From positions 5,947 through 69,946 of the forward strand of contig JAWAQK010000005.1 of the NCBI GenBank assembly GCA_038893995.1: a stretch of DNA of 64,000 bases, written 5' to 3'. The DNA comes from Candidatus Thorarchaeota archaeon. Its GTDB lineage: Archaea; Asgardarchaeota; Thorarchaeia; Thorarchaeales; Thorarchaeaceae. Made by a program: the position numbers and the translations under genes. Of the stretch, positions 9,930 through 18,741 are shown piece by piece. Below the pieces are notes generated by a model. It did not search any database. It had not been told where the DNA came from and saw only the letters and a program-made list of their open reading frames with translations. Position 1 is the first letter of the stretch; each line of letters begins with the position of its first letter.

Positions 9930-11918
9930 TCATACTATTCTCTCTCTGACCAAAGTATCGACAACACTTGGGTCCGCAAGAGTCGTTGTGTCGCCCAGGT
10001 CATCCAACTGTCCTGCAGCAATTCTCTTGAGGATTCTGCGCATGATCTTGCCGGAACGAGTCTTTGGCAGGGCGTCTGCGAATTGGATCTTGTCTGGTGT
10101 CGCGATCGGTCCAACAGTTGCCCTGACATGATCGCGCAGCTCCTTCTTGAGCTCCTCGGTCTTGGGAACCCCCTCCTTAAGAGTGACAAAGACGTATATT
10201 GCCTCTCCCTTGACCTCATGGGGAAATCCCACTACTGCAGACTCAGCAACAGCAGGATGCGATACAAGGGCGCTCTCTATCTCTGCAGTCCCAAGCCTGT
10301 GTCCGGACACCTTTAGAACATCGTCTAGTCGCCCCATGACAAAGTAGTATCCATCACTGTTGCGTCTTGCGCCATCACCAGTGGTATACATTGGCAGTCC
10401 GGTCTCGGGGTCCTTGTGGTATATCCAATAGGTGTCGACGAACCTCTTGTGATCTCCATAGACCGTGCGCATCAGTCCAGGCCAGGGCTTCTTGATACAC
10501 AACCAACCTCCCTCGTTGACGCCTACTGGCTTGCTGCTGTCATCCACGATTATTGGATCAATACCAAAGTACGGAAATGTAGCTGAACCAGGTATGGTTG
10601 CAGTAGCACCGGGGAGCGGTGTTATTATCACTCCTCCAGTTTCAGTCTGCCAGTATGTATCAACGATCGGGCACTGCTCTTTTCCAACGACCTTGTGATA
10701 CCACATCCATGCCTCTGGATTGATTGGCTCGCCTACCGTGCCCAACAGCCTTAGAGATGAGAGATCGTGTTTCAAAACAGGCCCCTCCCCGAATTTCATC
10801 AGTGATCTGATAGCCGTAGGGGCTGTGTAGAACTGGTTCACCTTCCATCTCTCAACCTCAACCCAGAACCGGTCGTTGTCGGGGTAGGTCGGCACGCCCT
10901 CAAACATCATGGTGGTCGCGCCTGCACAGAGGGGTCCATAGACTATGTATGAGTGTCCTGTGACCCAACCAATGTCAGCAGTGCACCAGTATATGTCTCC
11001 TGGATGCCAGTCAAAAATATTGAGAAAACTGTGAGCAACGTAGACCATATATCCTCCCAGTGTGTGGAGGACCCCTTTGGGCTTCCCAGTGGACCCTGAT
11101 GTGTAGAGGATAAAGAGTGGATCTTCAGCATTCAGCCATTCAGTTTCGCACTTATCGTCCACTTTCTCATACTCTTCATGGTACCACAGGTCACGCCCGG
11201 GTGTCATCGGGACATCCTTTGTGCCGATCCTACGAACAACCAGCACCTTCTCAATGCTGGGCGTGTCCTTTAGAGCTACGTCAGCATTGGCCTTCTGAGA
11301 AACGACCTTCCCACTCCGGTAATAGGCGTCTGCAGTAATTAGGACCTTTGCCTGACAGTCGATTATCCTGTCTCTGAGGGCATCTGCGCTGAAACCGCCG
11401 AAGACTATGCTGTGAATCGCACCGATCCTCGTACATGCGAGCATAGTGATGGCCAGTTCTGGTATCATTGGTAGGTATATCGTCACTCTGTCCCCTTTCT
11501 TTACGCCCAGACCTCTCAGGATATTAGCAGCCTTGTTGACCTCGTGAAGGAGCTGGCTATAGGTATAAGTCCGGGACTCTTTCTCGGGTTCACCTTGCCA
11601 GATGAGTGCCGTCTGGTTTCCCTTACCCGCCTCTACATGCTTATCAAGGCAGTTGTAGGCCATGTTTGTAATGCCATCTTCGAACCACGTGAATACGGCA
11701 TTCTTCGGGTCTTTCCAGTCAAGTCCCTTCGTTGGCTTCTTCTTCCAGTAACACAATTCTGTTGCTATCTTGATCCAAAACTGATCGGGGTTCTTCAACG
11801 ACTCGTTCCAGAGTTTCATTCTCTCTTCGTGGCTCTTTATGTAGGCTCTCTTGACGAAATCGGGAGGCGGTGGGAACCTGCGCTCCTCCTGACTCGTGAC
11901 AGTAATCTTCTGGCTCAA
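9930..11918 (-). CDS. acs: acetyl-CoA synthetase (AMP-forming)
   Basis: [14 protein letters not shown]-binding motif; conserved C-terminal [11 protein letters not shown] containing the regulatory lysine; 662 aa. Confidence 0.95.
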   Translation of the reverse strand: MSQKITVTSQEERRFPPPPDFVKRAYIKSHEERMKLWNESLKNPDQFWIKIATELCYWKKKPTKGLDWKDPKNAVFTWFEDGITNMAYNCLDKHVEAGKGNQTALIWQGEPEKESRTYTYSQLLHEVNKAANILRGLGVKKGDRVTIYLPMIPELAITMLACTRIGAIHSIVFGGFSADALRDRIIDCQAKVLITADAYYRSGKVVSQKANADVALKDTPSIEKVLVVRRIGTKDVPMTPGRDLWYHEEYEKVDDKCETEWLNAEDPLFILYTSGSTGKPKGVLHTLGGYMVYVAHSFLNIFDWHPGDIYWCTADIGWVTGHSYIVYGPLCAGATTMMFEGVPTYPDNDRFWVEVERWKVNQFYTAPTAIRSLMKFGEGPVLKHDLSSLRLLGTVGEPINPEAWMWYHKVVGKEQCPIVDTYWQTETGGVIITPLPGATATIPGSATFPYFGIDPIIVDDSSKPVGVNEGGWLCIKKPWPGLMRTVYGDHKRFVDTYWIYHKDPETGLPMYTTGDGARRNSDGYYFVMGRLDDVLKVSGHRLGTAEIESALVSHPAVAESAVVGFPHEVKGEAIYVFVTLKEGVPKTEELKKELRDHVRATVGPIATPDKIQFADALPKTRSGKIMRRILKRIAAGQLDDLGDTTTLADPSVVDTLVRERIV

Positions 11919-12064
11919 CTTGGGTCACCAATCATTCTGTCTTTTGGCTGCTCGTCCACCGGGGTCCTATTATAAGTTTATCCAATACCCGTCGACATTG
12001 TTTCTACCATTTGTCATGGTGCCCGTCGGGGCTCGGTTTCAGTCCCGACGAGCAAGAGAACCTC

Positions 12065-13336
12065 CTACTGTTCCTTTTCGGTCTTCTTCAAGAACAGCGT
12101 TACGAGCATCGCGAATATCGCCAGGATTCCGGTGATTATGAATGCCATATAGTAGGAGCCTGTCCAATCCTTCATATAGCCCGCGACAAGTGCTCCCAGA
12201 ATGCCTGCAAAACCGTATGCAGTAAAGACAACGCCGTAGTTCTTGCCGACATTGCTTGTACCAAAATAGTCTGCAGTCGCGGATGGGAACAGTGCAAAAT
12301 TACCACCAAAACAGAATCCTACCGTGGACGCTATGACTGTCACGACGATCCATCTACCCTCTGCAGGAGGTAGTGAGGCTACCAGTGCAAAGGAGAACAT
12401 TGCCATCGACAACACAAGAAACATGATGGTCATCGTGAGCCTTCTTCCAATCCTGTCCGATATCGTGCCCCATACGATTCGTCCGGCTGCATTGAATATC
12501 GACATTATTCCCGCGATTAGTGGTCCCAGAAACAGTGGTACAACTAGTGGGTCGACATCAGCTGCAGCACTCTTGACCATCCCCAGAGTCATCAGTCCTG
12601 CAGTTGCTGCGAGGAAAAACATCAGCCAGAGCATCTTGAATCTCGATGTTCTTATCATTTCTCGAGGAGTCAAGCTCACCCCGGAGGCATCAGCGGTGGT
12701 AGGCTTAGGTACAAATCCGGGTGGTGTCCATCCTGCTGGGGGATTCCTCAGCAACTGAGACCCACCAATCACGACCACCAGATAGATCAGCCCCAGCGTC
12801 AAGAACGGTGTTCCGACAAGTCCTCCATTAAGCGCAATCAGGTACTCCTCAACATAGCTGAATACAAGGGCTCCTCCGCCAAAGCCGGCAACTGCCACTC
12901 CAGTGATGGCCCCCTTCTTATCAGGGAACCACTTGACAAGTGCGGCGATAGGACAGACATATGCAAAACCTATCCCAGCACCGCCTACAAGTCCGTATGT
13001 CATGATCAGGAACAGCGTACCGGTAGTTGTGTCTAGCGCAAGCATATCAATCAGTGACGCCAGAATGTATCCCAGTCCCAGTAATAACCCTCCGAAGGTG
13101 GCCACTTTCCTAGGTCCTGCACGGTCCTGCCATCTTCCCGCCAGTACCATGAATCCGGCGAATGACGCCAGACCAGCAGCAAATGGGAGCAACGCATTGG
13201 TTGCAGGCCACGAGTAGTGTGTGGCAACCAAGGCACTCTGAAATATGCTCCATGCATAGATGGTTCCTAGGCATATCTGCACTACCACTCCTCCGATGAC
13301 TACTAGGAGTCTGTTTCCCACTCTTTCAGACATCAT
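12065..13336 (-). CDS. MFS transporter (oxalate/formate antiporter-like), probable carboxylate carrier
   Basis: 12 predicted TM helices, MFS loop motifs; adjacent to acs. Confidence 0.8.
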   Translation of the reverse strand: MMSERVGNRLLVVIGGVVVQICLGTIYAWSIFQSALVATHYSWPATNALLPFAAGLASFAGFMVLAGRWQDRAGPRKVATFGGLLLGLGYILASLIDMLALDTTTGTLFLIMTYGLVGGAGIGFAYVCPIAALVKWFPDKKGAITGVAVAGFGGGALVFSYVEEYLIALNGGLVGTPFLTLGLIYLVVVIGGSQLLRNPPAGWTPPGFVPKPTTADASGVSLTPREMIRTSRFKMLWLMFFLAATAGLMTLGMVKSAAADVDPLVVPLFLGPLIAGIMSIFNAAGRIVWGTISDRIGRRLTMTIMFLVLSMAMFSFALVASLPPAEGRWIVVTVIASTVGFCFGGNFALFPSATADYFGTSNVGKNYGVVFTAYGFAGILGALVAGYMKDWTGSYYMAFIITGILAIFAMLVTLFLKKTEKEQ

Positions 13337-13391
13337 TATGACACCTCGTTCAAGGTGACTGAGGCGGGGGCTGACCCTCGTATGCTAAAAG

Positions 13392-13423
13392 GTTATCGAG
13401 AAACGGATCGCGGAAACGATAAC
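13392..13423. promoter_or_regulatory. 7-bp perfect inverted repeat GTTATCG-N18-CGATAAC in the divergent MFS / CoA-transferase-GNAT intergenic region
   Basis: seen directly in the 400-bp intergenic region; candidate operator. Confidence 0.3.
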
Positions 13424-13739
13424 TTCGCGCTGGTCATATTGGCTTCTGCTGTTGTATCTGGACATACTGTCGACCAGTGATAGTCTTGAACCTATCATTT
13501 CAACCAGAACGCAACAATCTACCAGCGACAGACCGATGTGATGGAGCCTCCATTAGAACGAATACTACTTGGCCGTCTAGGATTCAGACTTACCTTTGGC
13601 CCAGAGCATGTTCTGTCGTCGGCCTGTAGCGGTCTGTCCGTTCAGTTTCCTATGTCCAGTGAGTCAGCATCTCCATAGATGGCCGTGTCGGAAACCTCTA
13701 TATCGCTTCCCCCCCAATGTCTCCGACTGGAGACAGACG

Positions 13740-15620
13740 ATGGTAGACCACCTGGAGAAATACAAGAAGAAAGTAGTTACTGCCAGTGAGGCAATCCGCA
13801 AGATTCGTCGTGGTGCTAGAATCTTCCTCGGCACTGGATGTGGCGTTCCGTATCATCTAGTTCAAGAGCTGGCCAAGAATGCCTCTCAAATGGCTGATAA
13901 CGAGATCGTTCACCTACTCACGCTGGGAGACACTCCGTCTGCAGACCCGTCATTCCAAGCACAATTCAGGCATAACACATTCTTTGTATCAGACAACATT
14001 CGAGCTGCCGTTTCAGAAGGCAGGGCTGACTACACGCCAATCATGCTGTCCGACATCCCCAGACTCTTCAGGACTAGGAGAATGCCGCTCGATGTTGCAC
14101 TGGTTCAGACTAGTCCCCCGGACGAACATGGCTTTTGTTCACTTGGAATCTCGGTTGACATAACAAAGTCCGCAGTGGAGAGTGCGGATCTGGTAATTGC
14201 ACAGATCAACGAACGTATGCCCGTGACTCACGGTGACTCTTTCGTTGACGTCCGTGACATTGACTATCTTGTACCATTCACTGAACCATTGAGAGAGTTT
14301 GAAACTCCTGTCGTGGATGAGACAATCAACCGAATCGGTTCATATGTTTCACGTTTGATCGAGAATGAATCTACTCTAGAACTGGGCATTGGTGCTTTGC
14401 CGCAGGCGGTCTGCAACAACCTCTTGGACGCAGGAGTAAAGGATCTCGGGATTCATACTGAGATGTTCAGTGATAGTCTGATCCCCCTGATTGATAGCGG
14501 CATAGTAACATGCAAGAAGAAGACACTTCACAAGGGCAAGGTGGTTGCAAGCTTTGCAATGGGAAGCGAGAAGCTCTACGAGTACGTGGACAATAACCCC
14601 TTCTTTGAGTTCAGGCCATCCGAGTATGTCAACGATCCATATATCATTAGTCAGAATAACAAGATGGTTGCAATAAACTCAGCACTTGAAATTGACCTGA
14701 CTGGCCAAGTCTGTGCTGACTCAATAGGGCACAAGTTTTACAGTGGCATTGGTGGACAGGTAGACTTCATCAGAGGCGCCTCGAGAGCCCCTGATGGCAA
14801 GGCCATAATCTGTATCCAATCCACTGCAATAAACGAAACAGTTTCGCGCATTGTCCCGCGTCTCAGTGAGGGTGCAGGAGTTGTGACAACCCGCGGCGAC
14901 GTGGACGTCGTGGTCACGGAATACGGCATGGCGACACTTCATGGCAAGACCATCAGGGAACGTGTGCTCTCCCTCATAGCAATTGCACACCCGAAGTTTA
15001 GAAACGAGCTGCTAGAGGCAGCCAAGAGGATGATGTACGTATTCGAAGATCAAGTACCGTTCCTCTCTCAGGGCACCTATTTCGCTACCGAGTACGAATG
15101 CGAGGAAACTTTCAGAGGTCCAGAGGGTCCGATCACGGTCAGGTTCAGACTGATCCGTCCCGATGACTCAGATAGGATCAAAGATCTGTTCTACAACTTG
15201 TCAGAAGAGTCGATCTACTTCCGGTTCCTGACGCCACTGAAGAGTCTGCGACGTCAGACTCTTCAAGACTTTTACAACGTAGACCAGTCACGCGATATCA
15301 GCATCGTGGCGGTCATCAAGCCCAAGAATACAGGAGAAACTGAGCGCATAATTGGCGCTGGTAGGTATCTCCTTGACCGCACTACGAATGAGGCTGAATT
15401 TGCACTTCTGATTCAGGACGAGTACCAGAACAGAGGGATAGGCTCATTCCTGCTCTCACATCTGATGAGGATTGCGAAGAGCAAGGGTGTGAAAGCATTC
15501 GTTGCATACGTCCATCCGCGGAACCAGCCCATGATCCGTTTCCTGCACAAGACAGGGAAGATAATCGAGAGCAAGCTAAATCCTAGGGATGATGAGTACA
15601 TCTTCAAGCTTAGGCTGTGA
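13740..15620 (+). CDS. acetyl-CoA hydrolase/transferase-family domain fused to a C-terminal GNAT acetyltransferase
   Basis: N-terminal ~480 aa Ach1/Cat1-type CoA-transferase fold; C-terminal GNAT motif A (QNRGIGSFLL); ORF opens at 13596 but ATG 13740 is the likely start. Confidence 0.8.
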   Translation: MVDHLEKYKKKVVTASEAIRKIRRGARIFLGTGCGVPYHLVQELAKNASQMADNEIVHLLTLGDTPSADPSFQAQFRHNTFFVSDNIRAAVSEGRADYTPIMLSDIPRLFRTRRMPLDVALVQTSPPDEHGFCSLGISVDITKSAVESADLVIAQINERMPVTHGDSFVDVRDIDYLVPFTEPLREFETPVVDETINRIGSYVSRLIENESTLELGIGALPQAVCNNLLDAGVKDLGIHTEMFSDSLIPLIDSGIVTCKKKTLHKGKVVASFAMGSEKLYEYVDNNPFFEFRPSEYVNDPYIISQNNKMVAINSALEIDLTGQVCADSIGHKFYSGIGGQVDFIRGASRAPDGKAIICIQSTAINETVSRIVPRLSEGAGVVTTRGDVDVVVTEYGMATLHGKTIRERVLSLIAIAHPKFRNELLEAAKRMMYVFEDQVPFLSQGTYFATEYECEETFRGPEGPITVRFRLIRPDDSDRIKDLFYNLSEESIYFRFLTPLKSLRRQTLQDFYNVDQSRDISIVAVIKPKNTGETERIIGAGRYLLDRTTNEAEFALLIQDEYQNRGIGSFLLSHLMRIAKSKGVKAFVAYVHPRNQPMIRFLHKTGKIIESKLNPRDDEYIFKLRL

Positions 15621-15836
15621 CAGTCAGTCATTGCGTCTGATTACGCACAGTCGATACAGTGGGCGCTGATGGTTCAAGAGAGCCTCTTCGTAGCGTATCC
15701 CACCTGGACTCATGGAGCCTTGTACTGGTGAGTTTCGATCGTTCTGGGTTTCCGCGGGGGAAAACCAGCACATTGCACTGGTCCGACCTCACGGAGCATT
15801 CCTATTGCCTCCCAGATACACGAGAATGAGTCAATG

Positions 15837-15954
15837 TGGTGGGCCCGGCCGGATTTGAACCGGCGACCTCCGCCTGTCAGCGCCCACCGCGAAAGTACCG
15901 TGGACCTATCAGAGCGGCGCAATAATTGACCTGCCCGTATCTTTGCACGGGCCT
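15837..15954 (-). tRNA. tRNA-like element: canonical T-arm, acceptor 3' strand and encoded CCA; 5' half not recognisable
   Basis: reverse complement reads ...GAGGTC GCCGG TTCAAAT CCGGC CGGGCCC A CCA; best 5' partner is AGGCCCG (A1xC72), and the D and anticodon regions do not fold canonically. Confidence 0.35.
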
Positions 15955-16012
15955 CCAGTCTATGCAACGAGCCCCGCTATGCTACGGGTAGCCCGCGTAT
16001 AGAATAAAAAGA

Positions 16013-16912
16013 TTATGACCCACTCTTGTCGAGAGCTCTCGGACATCTCTCGCGCACTACCTCTAATGACCTGACAGTCTCCTCGTTGGTGAGCTCGAAT
16101 ATCACGGGTCCTCGGAATCCGCTATGCACAAGCTCGCACAAGAACTCCTCCACTCGTAGGTCTCCCGTTCCCAGAGTCTTGTGGTCCTCGGGCACGGACA
16201 CTCCATTGACGCATCTGAACCGTCCGTCATGTAGATGGATCTCCACTATCCTGTCATGGTGTTGTCTGTAGAACTCGATCGGGTCCTCTTTGCCTGAATA
16301 GCGGGCAAGTAGATGCCCCGTATCGAAACAGATGCCGGTATCGCACTCGTCTACAACATCTCGTGTGAACTGGAATGGGAACTCAACATTCTCGATCGCC
16401 AACTTCCGTGGTCTGATGTTGGTCCTTTCGAGGATCTCCGTCACGCTTCTTATCGAGATTGAGGCCATTAGCTGACATATCAGATCTCGAACGCTCTGCT
16501 TGACCCTCAGCCTTGAGAACTCAGCGCCCAGGGGTCCAGTTGAGTGTAACACGTAGACCTCAGGATCCAATCTCTCGATGGCCATGATCGAATCTACAAT
16601 ACATTCAACACTTGCTCTCCGGATGTGTTCGTTGAAGCTTGCTGGCTCTAGCGACCAGAGTGGTAAGTGTACAGTGTAGCCTATACCTACTTCATCACGG
16701 AGATCAATCAGATTGTCTATGACACTGTCAGGGATAGATCCCGGTATTATGTGACGAATGTCCAGTGTGAGTTCTACTACGGTAATGTATTCAATTGCAG
16801 CTGCTCTTCTTATTGCCTCAATGATATTGAAACGAGAGAAGTCGGGGAATCCATCGACTATCACCTGCTTGGCAGTCGTCTCGAACTCCAGTGCCGTGAT
16901 CCCAAATCTCAT
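16013..16912 (-). CDS. sugar phosphate isomerase/epimerase (xylose isomerase-like TIM barrel)
   Basis: AP-endonuclease-2 / xylose-isomerase-like barrel motifs (HLHDGR, metal-binding E/D/H pattern). Confidence 0.75.
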   Translation of the reverse strand: MRFGITALEFETTAKQVIVDGFPDFSRFNIIEAIRRAAAIEYITVVELTLDIRHIIPGSIPDSVIDNLIDLRDEVGIGYTVHLPLWSLEPASFNEHIRRASVECIVDSIMAIERLDPEVYVLHSTGPLGAEFSRLRVKQSVRDLICQLMASISIRSVTEILERTNIRPRKLAIENVEFPFQFTRDVVDECDTGICFDTGHLLARYSGKEDPIEFYRQHHDRIVEIHLHDGRFRCVNGVSVPEDHKTLGTGDLRVEEFLCELVHSGFRGPVIFELTNEETVRSLEVVRERCPRALDKSGS

Positions 16913-17102
16913 GATGAGCGAACCGCATCCAGCAGACGCTTGGTATGATTATCAATCTTACTCGATAGACCTACTTCCTGATGTTGTCAGGTTTGCTCCC
17001 ACCAACTCCATCCCGACGCTATCTACTCGCTTCCACTGAATAGCATTGTCTGATGGAATGGATTATTAGTGCTTTGTCCCAGTCGCATCCCGGCGACTGA
17101 AC

Positions 17103-17924
17103 TTGAGATCACACCACAGACACTTCGCGCTACAGTATCTCCGGGATGAGGTACTTCCCACTCCCTTCTGCCCAGGTTGCGGAAATGGAATAGTCATCAA
17201 CTCCTTTCTGAAGGCTATCAAGGACATGGGTCACGAAGATCTGAGCGGATTCGCATTTGTTTCAGGCATAGGCTGTGGATCTTGGATCCCCTCCCCTCAC
17301 TTCAAGGCAGACTCATTACATACAACACATGGCCGTGCACTTGCCTTTGCTACGGGTCTCAAGATAGCAAGACCTGAACTGAAGGTAGTGGTGATCAGCG
17401 GCGACGGTGATCTCGCCGCAATTGGTGGAAACCACCTCATCCACGCAGCGCGAAGGAACATTGATCTCACGGTGATCTGCGTAAACAACTACCTCTATGG
17501 TATGACCGGAGGGCAGGTAGGTCCGACTACATTTACAGGTGATGTGACTACAACGACGCCGTACGGCAATCCAGAACGTCCATTCGACCTGTCACGATTG
17601 GTCGCAGCAGCTGGTGCAAGCTATGTGGCCCGATGGACGACCGCCCATCCGATCCAGGCCACCCGTGCTATACGAAGGGCGCTTGAGAAGAAGGGATTTA
17701 CATTTGTTGAAATGATCAGTCAGTGTCCCACATCCTATGGACGGAGAATGCAGATCGGTGGGGGCGTAGAGATGATCAAGTGGTTCCGAAGGCTTCCGGT
17801 GAGGAAAAGGGATGATCCGATCCACCCAACGACCCCGACGAGGGATGGAATTGACCTCGGTGAATTCGTCGACACGGACGCGACAGAATTTGTCGATAAT
17901 CTGAGCAAGATGATCCGGAAGTGA
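17103..17924 (+). CDS. 2-oxoacid:ferredoxin oxidoreductase, beta (TPP-binding) subunit
   Basis: CPGCGNG, GIGC, GDGD...GMTGGQ thiamine-PP motifs. Confidence 0.9.
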   Translation: MRSHHRHFALQYLRDEVLPTPFCPGCGNGIVINSFLKAIKDMGHEDLSGFAFVSGIGCGSWIPSPHFKADSLHTTHGRALAFATGLKIARPELKVVVISGDGDLAAIGGNHLIHAARRNIDLTVICVNNYLYGMTGGQVGPTTFTGDVTTTTPYGNPERPFDLSRLVAAAGASYVARWTTAHPIQATRAIRRALEKKGFTFVEMISQCPTSYGRRMQIGGGVEMIKWFRRLPVRKRDDPIHPTTPTRDGIDLGEFVDTDATEFVDNLSKMIRK

Positions 17925-18463
17925 GGTGTTCGTTGATGAGGAAGGAGATCCGCATTGCTGGTTCAGGAGGGATGGGCGTCGTCCTCGCCGGAGTTGTGCT
18001 GGGTCACGCAGCAGTCGTCTATGCAGGGCTTAATGCAGTTCAAACACAGGCATACGGTTCCGAGGCCAGAGGCACAGATGCCAAGAGCGAAGTGATCATC
18101 AGCGACGCACCGATCCTGTACCCGAAGGTGATCAAGTCAGACTACGCTGTACTCATGTCTCAGAAAGCATTTGACACAAATGTGTCCGATGCCAAAGAAG
18201 GTAGCGTAATCCTGGTAGACCCAGACCTTGTGGATTGCCGGGGTTATGATAGCCGTTTCGAGATCCTCAGGGTGCCCGCCATCGTATTGGCAGACAGGAT
18301 TGGGAACAGAATGGCGGCGAACATGGTCATGCTGGGAGCGTTGGTGGCAAGGTCCCGCGTATTCTCAATCGAGGTCCTTGAAAGGTCAATAACACAGCTG
18401 GTCCCATCTAAGAGTGTCGCTTCGAGTATTCAGGCGGCCCGTCTTGGATCGACTCAAATCTAG
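17921..18463 (+). CDS. 2-oxoacid:ferredoxin oxidoreductase, gamma subunit
   Basis: IRIAGSGGMGV...QAYGSEARG gamma-subunit signature; 4-nt overlap with beta. Confidence 0.85.
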   Translation: MRCSLMRKEIRIAGSGGMGVVLAGVVLGHAAVVYAGLNAVQTQAYGSEARGTDAKSEVIISDAPILYPKVIKSDYAVLMSQKAFDTNVSDAKEGSVILVDPDLVDCRGYDSRFEILRVPAIVLADRIGNRMAANMVMLGALVARSRVFSIEVLERSITQLVPSKSVASSIQAARLGSTQI

Positions 18464-18738
18464 CCCCCATGAACAAGCGGAACTATGTCTATTCTATCCT
18501 TCTCTTCAAGCTTTGCGGATAGTCCTCCAGCGAGTGCGATATCCACGTTGTTTTTCATCACTAGTGCATTACGCTCTATGGTTTCAACACTATTCCAGGT
18601 GGTATTGAGGTCAGGATTATCCTTCAGCAGCTGCCTCAGGAGGTCCCCAAGAGTAGCTCCCTCGGCCATCTCCATATCAATACATTCGCCCTGGCCTCGG
18701 AGAGCGCTGATTCCCCGAAGAACGACTCTCACTATCAA
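18460..18738 (-). CDS. MoaD/ThiS-family ubiquitin-like small protein with C-terminal Gly-Gly (SAMP-like)
   Basis: 92 aa, beta-grasp-like, ends ...VPLVHGG; 3 nt downstream of mch. Confidence 0.7.
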   Translation of the reverse strand: MIVRVVLRGISALRGQGECIDMEMAEGATLGDLLRQLLKDNPDLNTTWNSVETIERNALVMKNNVDIALAGGLSAKLEEKDRIDIVPLVHGG

Positions 18739-18741
18739 GTT

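Noticed and set aside
9825-10347. Several plus-strand ORFs at the 3' end of acs
   Set aside because: They are antisense shadows within the strongly supported acetyl-CoA synthetase gene.
13596-13739. N-terminal 48 codons of the CoA-transferase–GNAT ORF
   Set aside because: The translation is Cys/Pro-rich and unlike the rest of the protein. An internal ATG at 13740 is the more plausible start, so the extension is treated as 5' UTR.
15710-15967. 85-aa minus-strand ORF
   Set aside because: It covers the tRNA-like element and has an Arg/Gly-rich GC-driven translation.
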